From the NCBI GenBank assembly GCA_043228905.1, contig JBHGNT010000043.1:124001-188000 (forward strand): a DNA stretch of 64,000 bases. The letters run 5' to 3'. Shown here piece by piece: positions 56,201-64,000 of the stretch. A model generated the notes under the pieces. It had not been told where the DNA came from and ran no database searches. It worked only from the letters and a program-made list of their open reading frames with translations. The stretch comes from Azolla caroliniana (Eukaryota; Plantae; Polypodiophyta). Numbering within the stretch: the stretch's first letter is position 1; each line of letters starts with the position of its first letter. A program made the translations under genes and the position numbers.

Positions 56201-58120
56201 CACACGAGCCACGTATGAACATTTTAATTTAGCTACTAGCTCTTTTGAACTCCCTCCTCAAATTTGGTAATTTCTTCATGTCTCTCGACCTGAGTTTCAA
56301 AATCTTGATTTTTTAATTCTATATCATAGCTAGCGTTGTTAGCTTCGATTCGCATGTTTGAACACAAAAATCCGATATCACACGAGCCACGTATGAACAT
56401 TTTAATTTACTCACGCGCTCTTCTCAACTCCCTCCTCAAATTTGCTAATTTCGTCATGTATCTCTACCTGAGTTTCAAAATCTTGATTTTTTAATTCCAT
56501 ATCATAGCTAGCGTTGTTAGCTTCGATTTGCTTGTTTGAACACAGAAATCCGATATCACACGAGCCAGGTATCAACATTTTAATTTAGCTACTAGCTCTT
56601 CTCAACAACCTCCTCAAATTTGGTAATTTCCTCATGTCTCTCGACCTGAGTTTCAAAATCTTCATTTTTTAATTCCATATCATAGCTAGCGTTGTTAGCT
56701 TCGATTTGCATGTTTGAACACAGAAATTCGATATCACACGAGCCACGTATGAACATTTTAATTTAGCTACTAGCTCTTTTGAACTCCCTCCTCAAATTTG
56801 GTAATTTCTTCATGTCTCTCGACCTGAGTTTCAAAATCTTGATTTTTTAATTCTATATCATAGCTAGCGTTGTTAGCTTCGATTCGCATGTTTGAACACA
56901 AAAATCCGTATCACACGAGCCACGTATGAACATTTTAATTTAGCTACTAGCTCTTCTCAACCACCTCCTCAAATTTGGTAATTTCGTCATGTCTCTCGAC
57001 CTGAGTTTCAAATTCTTGATTTTTTAAATCCATATCATAGCTAGCGTTGTTAGCTTCGATTCGGAGGTTTGAACACTAAAATCCGATATCACACGAGCCA
57101 CATATGAACATTTTAATTTAGCTACTAGCTCTTCTGAACCACCTCCTCAAATTTGGTAATTTCTTCATGTCTCTCGATCTGAGTTTCAAAATCTTGATTT
57201 TTTAATTCTATATCATAGCTAGCGTTGTTAGCTTCGATTCGCATGTTTGAACACAAAAATCCGATATCACACGAGCCACGTATGAAAATTTTAATTTGGC
57301 TACTAGCTCTTCTCAACCACCTCCTCAAATTTGGTAATTTCGTCATGTCTCTCGACCTGAGATTCAAAATCTTGATTTTTTAATTCTATATCATAGCTAG
57401 CGTTGTTAGCTTCGATTCGGAGGTTTGAACACTAAAATCCGATATGACACGAGCCACATATGAACATTTTAATTTACTCACGCGCTCTTCTCAACCACCT
57501 CCTCAAATTTGGTAATTTCGTCATGTCTCTCGACCTGAGTTTCAAAATCTTGATTTTTTAATTCCATATCATAGCTAGCGTTGTTAGTTTCGATTTGCTT
57601 GTTTGAACACAAAAATCCGATATCACACGAGCCACGTATGAACATTTTAATTTAGCTACTAGCTCTTCTCAACCACCTCCTCAAATTTGGTAATTTCTTC
57701 ATGTCTCTCGACCTGAGTTTCAAAATCTTGATTCTTTAATTCGATATCATAGCTAGCTTTGTTAGCTTCGATTCGCATGTTTGAACACAAAAATCCGATA
57801 TCACACGAGCCACGTATGAACATTTTAATTTAGCTACTAGCTCTTCTCAACCACCTCCTCAAATTTGGTAATTTCGTCATGTCTGTCGACCTGAGTTTCA
57901 AAATCTTGATTCTTTAATTCGATATCATAGCTAGCGTTGTTAGCTTCGATTCGGAGGTTTGAACACTAAAATCCGATATCACACGAGCCACATATGAACA
58001 TTTTAATTTACTCACGCGCTCTTCTCAACCACCTCCTCAAATTTGGTAATTTCGTCATGTCTCTCGACCTGAGTTTCAAAATCTCTATTTTTTAATTCCA
58101 TATCATAGCTAGCGTTGTTA
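53265..58120. repeat. 2,428-bp tandem duplication (53265-55692 / 55693-58120) with an out-of-register junction
   Basis: Private markers CTCGATCTG, GAGATTC, ATTCTTTAA, AGCTTTGTT, TCTGTCGAC and TCTCTATT occur in both copies; ORFs 54697/57125; junction GCGTTGTTA|ATTTAGCT. Confidence 0.93.
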
Positions 58121-59499
58121 GTTTCGATTTGCTTGTTTGAACACAAAAATCCGTATCACACGAGCCACGTATGAACATTTTAATTTAGCTACTAGGTCTT
58201 CTCAACCACCTCCTCAAATTTGGTAATTTCGTCATGTCTCTCGACCTGAGTTTCAAAATCTTGATTTTTTAAATCCATATCATAGCTAGCGTTGTTAGCT
58301 TCGATTCGGAGGTTTGAACACTAAAATCCGATATCACACGAGCCACATATGAACATTTTAATTTAGCTACTAGCTCTTCTGAACCACCTCCTCAAATTTG
58401 GTAATTTCTTCATGTCTCTCGACCTGAGTTTCAAAATCTTGATTTTTTAATTCTATATCATAGCTAGCGTTGTTAGCTTCGATTCGCATGTTTGAACACA
58501 AAAATCCGATATCACACGAGCCAGGTATCAACATTTTAATTTAGCTACTAGCTCTTCTCAACCACCTCCTCAAATTTGGTAATTTCTTCATGTCTCTTGA
58601 CCTGAGTTTCAAAATCTTGGTTTTTTAATTCTATATCATAGCTAGCGTTGTTAGCTTCGATTCGGAGGTTTGAACACTAAAATCCGATATCACACGAGCC
58701 ACATATGAACATTTTAATTTACTCACGCGCTCTTCTCAACCACCTCCTCAAATTTGGTAATTTCGTCATGTCTCTCGACCTGAGTTTCAAAATCTTGATT
58801 TTTTAATTCCATATCATAGGTAGCGTTGTTAGTTTCGATTCGCATGTTTGAACACAAAAATCAGATATCACACGAGCCACGTATGAAAATTTTAATTTGG
58901 CTACTAGCTCTTCTCAACCACCTCCTCAAATTTAGTAATTTCGTCATGTCTCTCGACCTGAGTTTCAAAATCTTGATTTTTTAATTCTATATCATAGCTA
59001 GCGTTGTTAGCTTCGATTCGGAGGTTTGAACACTAAAATCCGATATCACACGAGCCACATATGAACATTTTAATTTACTCACGCGCTCTTCTCAACCACC
59101 TCCTCAAATTTGGTAATTTCGTCATGTCTCTCGACCTGAGTTTCAAAATCTTGATTTTTTAATTCCATATCATAGCTAGCGTTGTTAGTTTCGATTTGCT
59201 TGTTTGAACATAAAAATCCGATATCACACGAGCCACGTATGAACATTTTAATTTAGCTACTAGCTCTTCTCAACCACCTCCTCAAATTTGGTAATTTCTT
59301 CATGTCTCTCGACCTGAGTTTCAAAATCTTGATTTTTTAATTCTATATCATAGCTAGCGTTGTTAGCTTCGATTCGCATGTTTGAACACAAAAATCCGAT
59401 ATCACACGAGCCACGTATGAACATTTTAATTGACTCACGCGCTCTTCTCAACTCCCTCCTCAAATTTGCTAATTTCGTCATGTCTCTCGACCTGAGTTT

Positions 59500-62400
59500 C
59501 AAAATCTTGATTTTCTAAATCCATATCATAGCTAGCGTTGTTAGCTTCGATTCGGAGGTTTGAACACTAAAATCCGACATTACACGAGCCACATATGAAT
59601 ATTTTAATTTACTCACGCGCTCTTCTCAACCACCTCCTCAAATTTGGTAATTTCGTCGTGTCTCTCGACCTGAGTTTCAAGATCTTGATTTTTTAATTCT
59701 ATATCATAGCTAGCGTTGTTAGCTTCGATTCGCATGTTTGAACACAAAAATCCGATATCACACGAGCCACGTATGAACATTTTAATTTACTCACGCGCTC
59801 TTCTCAACTCCCTCCTCAAATTTGCTACTTTCGTCATGTCTCTCGACCTGAGTTTCAAAATCTTGATTTTTTAATTCCATATCATAACTAGCGTTGTTAG
59901 CTTCGATTTGCTTGTTTGAACACAAAAATCCGATATCACACGAGCCACGTATGAACATTTTAATTTAGCTACTAGCTCTTCTCAACCACCTCCTCAAATT
60001 CGGTAATTTCTTCATGTCTCTCGACCTGAGTTTCAAAATCTTGATTTTTTAATTTTATATCATAGCTAGCGTTGTTAGCTTCGATTCGCATATTTGAACA
60101 CAAAAATCCGATATCACACGAGCCACGTATGAACATTTTAATTTACTCACGCGCTCTTCTCAACTCCCTCCTCAAATTTGCTAAATTCGTCATGTCTCTC
60201 TACCTGAGTTTCAAAATCTTGATTTTCTAATTGCATGTCATGGCTAGCGTTTTTAGTTTCGATTTGCAAGTTTGAACACAAAAATCCGATATCACACGAG
60301 CCACGTATGAACATTTTAATATAGCTACTAGCTCTTCTCAACCACCTCCTCAAATTTGGTAATTTCGTCATGTCTCTCGACCTGAGTTTCAAAATCTTGA
60401 TTTTTTAAATCCATATCATAGCTAGCGTTGTTAGCTTCGATTCGGAGGTTTGAACACTAAAATCCGATATCACACGAGCCACATATGAACATTTTAATTT
60501 ACTCACGCGCTCTTCTCAACCACCTCCTCAAATTTGGTAATTTCGTCGTGTCTCTCGACCTGAGTTTCAAGATCTTGATTTTTTAATTCTATATCATAGC
60601 TAGCGTTGTTAGCTTCGATTCGCATGTTTGAACACAAAAATCCGATATCACACGAGCCACGTATGAACATTTTAATTTACTCACGCGCTCTTCTCAACCA
60701 CCTCCTCAAATTTGGTAATTTCGTCATGTCTCTCGACCTGAGTTTCAAAATCTTGATTTTTTAATTCCATATCATAGCTAGCGTTGTTAGTTTCGATTTG
60801 CTTGTTTGAACACAAAAATCCGATATCACACGAGCCACGTATGAACATTTTAATTTAGCTACTAGCTCTTCTCAACCACCTCCTCAAATTTGGTAATTTC
60901 GTCATGTCTCTCGACCTGAGTGTCAAAATCTTGATTTTTTAAATCCATATCATAGCTAGCGTTGTTAGCTTCGATTCGGAGGTTTGAACACTAAAATCCG
61001 ACATTACACAAGCCACATATGAATATTTTAATTTACTCACGCGCTCATCTAAACCACCTCCCCAAATTTGGTAATTTCGTCATGTCTCTCGACCTGAGTT
61101 TCAAAATCTTGATTTTCTAAATCCATATCATAGCTAGCGTTGTTAGCTTCGATTCGGAGGTTTGAACACTAAAATCCGACATTACACGAGCCACATATGA
61201 ATATTTTAATTTACTCACGCGCTCTTCTCAACCACCTCCTCAAATTTGGTAATTTCGTCATGTCTCTCGACCTGAGTGTCAAAATCTTGATTTTTTAAAT
61301 CCATATCATAGCTAGCGTTGTTAGCTTCGATTCGGAGGTTTGAACACTAAAATCCGACATTACACAAGCCACATATGAATATTTTAATTTACTCACGCGC
61401 TCATCTAAACCACCTCCCCAAATTTGGTAATTTCGTCATGTCTCTCGACCTGAGTTTCAAAATCTTGATTTTCTAAATCCATATCATAGCTAGCGTTGTT
61501 AGCTTCGATTCGGAGGTTTGAACACTAAAATCCGACATTACACGAGCCACATATGAATATTTTAATTTACTCACGCGCTCTTCTCAACCACCTCCTCAAA
61601 TTTGGTAATTTCGTCGTGTCTCTCGACCTGAGTTTCAAGATCTTGATTTTTTAATTCTATATCATAGCTAGCGTTGTTAGCTTCGATTCGCATGTTTGAA
61701 CACAAAAATCCGATATCACACGAGCCACGTATGAACATTTTAATTTACTCACGCGCTCTTCTCAACTCCCTCCTCAAATTTGCTACTTTCGTCATGTCTC
61801 TCGACCTGAGTTTCAAAATCTTGATTTTTTAATTCCATATCATAACTAGCGTTGTTAGCTTCGATTTGCTTGTTTGAACACAAAAATCCGATATCACACG
61901 AGCCACGTATGAACATTTTAATTTAGCTACTAGCTCTTCTCAACCACCTCCTCAAATTCGGTAATTTCTTCATGTCTCTCGACCTGAGTTTCAAAATCTT
62001 GATTTTTTAATTTTATATCATAGCTAGCGTTGTTAGCTTCGATTCGCATATTTGAACACAAAAATCCGATATCACACGAGCCACGTATGAACATTTTAAT
62101 TTACTCACGCGCTCTTCTCAACTCCCTCCTCAAATTTGCTAAATTCGTCATGTCTCTCTACCTGAGTTTCAAAATCTTGATTTTCTAATTGCATGTCATG
62201 GCTAGCGTTTTTAGTTTCGATTTGCAAGTTTGAACACAAAAATCCGATATCACACGAGCCACGTATGAACATTTTAATATAGCTACTAGCTCTTCTCAAC
62301 CACCTCCTCAAATTTGGTAATTTCTTCATGTCTCTCGACCTGAGTTTCAAAATCTTGATTTTTTAATTCTATATCATAGCTAGCGTTGTTAGCTTCGATT

Positions 62401-64000
62401 CGGAGGTTTGAACACTAAAATCCGACATTACACGAGCCACATATGAATATTTTAATTTACTCACGCGCTGTTCTCAACTCCCTCCTCAAATTTGCTAATT
62501 TCGTCATGTCTCTCTACCTGAGTTTCAAAATCTTGATTTTTTAATTCCATATCATAGGTAGCGTTGTTAGTTTCGATTTGCATGTTTGAACACAAAAATC
62601 CGATATCACACGAGCCACGTATGAAAATTTTAATTTGGCTACTACCTCTTCTCAACCACCTCCTCAAATTTGGTAATTTCGTCGTGTCTCTCGACCTGAG
62701 TTTCAAGATCTTGATTTTTTAATTCTATATCATAGCTAGCGTTGTTAGCTTCGATTCGCATGTTTGAACACAAAAATCCGATATCACACGAGCCACGTAT
62801 GAACATTTTAATTTACTCACGCGCTCTTCTCAACTCCCTCCTCAAATTTGCTACTTTCGTCATGTCTCTCGACCTGAGTTTCAAAATCTTGATTTTTTAA
62901 TTTCATATCATAACTAGCGTTGTTAGCTTCGATTTGCTGGTTTGAACACAAAAATCCGATATCACACGAGCCACGTATGAACATTTTAATTTAGCTACTA
63001 GCTCTTCTCAACCACCTCCTCAAATTTGGTAATTTCGTCATGTCTCTCGACCTGAGTTTCAAAATCTTGATTTTTTAATTTTATATCATAGCTAGCGTTG
63101 TTAGCTTCGATTCGCATATTTGAACACAAAAATCCGATATCACACGAGCCACGTATGAACATTTTAATTTACTCACGCGCTCTTCTCAACTCCCTCCTCA
63201 AATTTGCTAAATTCGTCATGTCTCTCTACCTGAGTTTCAAAATCTTGATTTTCTAATTGCATGTCATGGCTAGCGTTTTTAGTTTCGATTTGCAAGTTTG
63301 AACACAAAAATCCGATATCACACGAGCCACGTATGAACATTTTAATATAGCTACTAGCTCTTCTCAACCACCTCCTCAAATTTGGTAATTTCGTCATGTC
63401 TCTCGACCTGAGTTTCAAAATCTTGATTTTTTAAATCCATATCATAGCTAGCGTTGTTAGCTTCGATTCGGAGGTTTGAACACTAAAATCCGATATCACA
63501 CGAGCCACATATGAACATTTTAATTTACTCACGCGCTCTTCTCAACCACCTCCTCAAATTTGGTAATTTCGTCGTGTCTCTCGACCTGAGTTTCAAGATC
63601 TTGATTTTTTAATTCTATATCATAGCTAGCGTTGTTAGCTTCGATTCGCATGTTTGAACACAAAAATCCGATATCACACGAGCCACGTATGAACATTTTA
63701 ATTTACTCACGCGCTCTTCTCAACTCCCTCCTCAAATTTGCTAATTTCGTCATGTCTCTCGACCTGAGTTTCAAAATCTTGATTTTTTAATTCTATATCA
63801 TAGATAGCGTTGTTAGCTTCGATTCGCATGTTTGAACACAAAAATCCGATATCACACGAGCCAGGTATCAACATTTTAATTTAGCTACTAGCTCTTCTCA
63901 ACCACCTCCTCAAATTTGGTAATTTCGTCATGTCTCTCGACCTGAGTTTCAAAATCTTGATTTTTTAAATCCATATCATAGCTAGCGTTGTTAGCTTCAA
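59500..64000. repeat. Distinct satellite subfamily domain with a 5/6-monomer HOR (890/1,068 bp)
   Basis: Variants seen only here: TCAAGATC (G at 59681, 60571, 61639, 62707, 63597), GACATTAC, GCTACTTT, CATAACTAG, GCATATTTG and TTGCATGTCATGGCTAGCGTTTTT (~60231, ~62189, ~63257). Confidence 0.9.
60890..61600. repeat. Dimer (356 bp) tandem duplication of a diverged monomer pair
   Basis: GAGTGTC (~60918/~61274), CACAAGCC and CATCTAAACCACCTCCCC (~61046/~61402). Confidence 0.9.

Larger units (their letters stand above)
1..64000. repeat. Tandem satellite array, 178-bp monomer, 361 units plus a partial; probably centromeric/pericentromeric
   Basis: Seen: ATCATAG(C/G)TAGCGTTG recurs at 1, 179, 357 ... 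63975. Approximate consensus: ATCATAGCTAGCGTTGTTAGYTTCGATTYGSAKGTTTGAACACWAAAATCCGATATCACACGAGCCACRTATGAACATTTTAATTT[AGCTACTAG|ACTCACGCG]CTCTTCTCAACCACCTCCTCAAATTTGGTAATTTCGTCATGTCTCTCGACCTGAGTTTCAAAATCTTGATTTTTTAATTCYAT. ORF-track spacings are multiples of 178 once the indels are counted. The centromeric role is inferred from monomer length, homogeneity and HOR structure only. Confidence 0.99.

Noticed and set aside
267-63418. About 48 minus-strand 73-88 aa ORFs (MKLRSRDMTKL...)
   Set aside because: All are the same satellite frame spanning ~1.4 monomers, and most start at a TTG. They are open only where a variant (TTGGCT, TTGACT, ATAGCT) removes a stop. There is no recognisable domain or gene context.
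1-64000. CRISPR array or integron-like cassette array
   Set aside because: There are no unique spacers or cassettes. The entire 178 bp is repeated and variation is SNP-level. No cas or integrase genes are present.
1-64000. Embedded retrotransposon, telomeric repeat, inversion, 5S rDNA or tRNA array
   Set aside because: All monomers have the same orientation and the register closes exactly. I saw no LTR/TSD, no TTTAGGG runs and no 5S or tRNA sequence.

Overview
The whole 64 kb window is one uninterrupted, head-to-tail, single-orientation tandem satellite with a 178-bp AT-rich monomer. It holds 361 monomer units plus a 26-bp partial: the last monomer starts at 63975, and 63974 + 284 bp of net indels = 361 x 178 exactly. 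It resembles a eukaryotic, probably plant-type, centromeric or pericentromeric satellite, but I do not recognise the family and it is not the Arabidopsis CEN178 sequence as I recall it. I see no genes, RNA genes, transposons, CRISPR or inversions. All listed ORFs are the same satellite frame repeated. The informative structure is internal. It includes two monomer classes defined by a linked 5-nt dimorphism, and local higher-order repeats or block duplications of 2-19 monomers. There are three variant domains and four truncated-monomer junctions with 1-3 bp microhomology, one of which is the breakpoint of a 2,428-bp tandem duplication. There is also a lone hyper-diverged monomer, CpG/CHG-type polymorphisms and variants that perfect quasi-palindromes. 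I found no evidence for a novel coding system. Block boundaries were read by eye and are approximate; junction and marker coordinates were counted.
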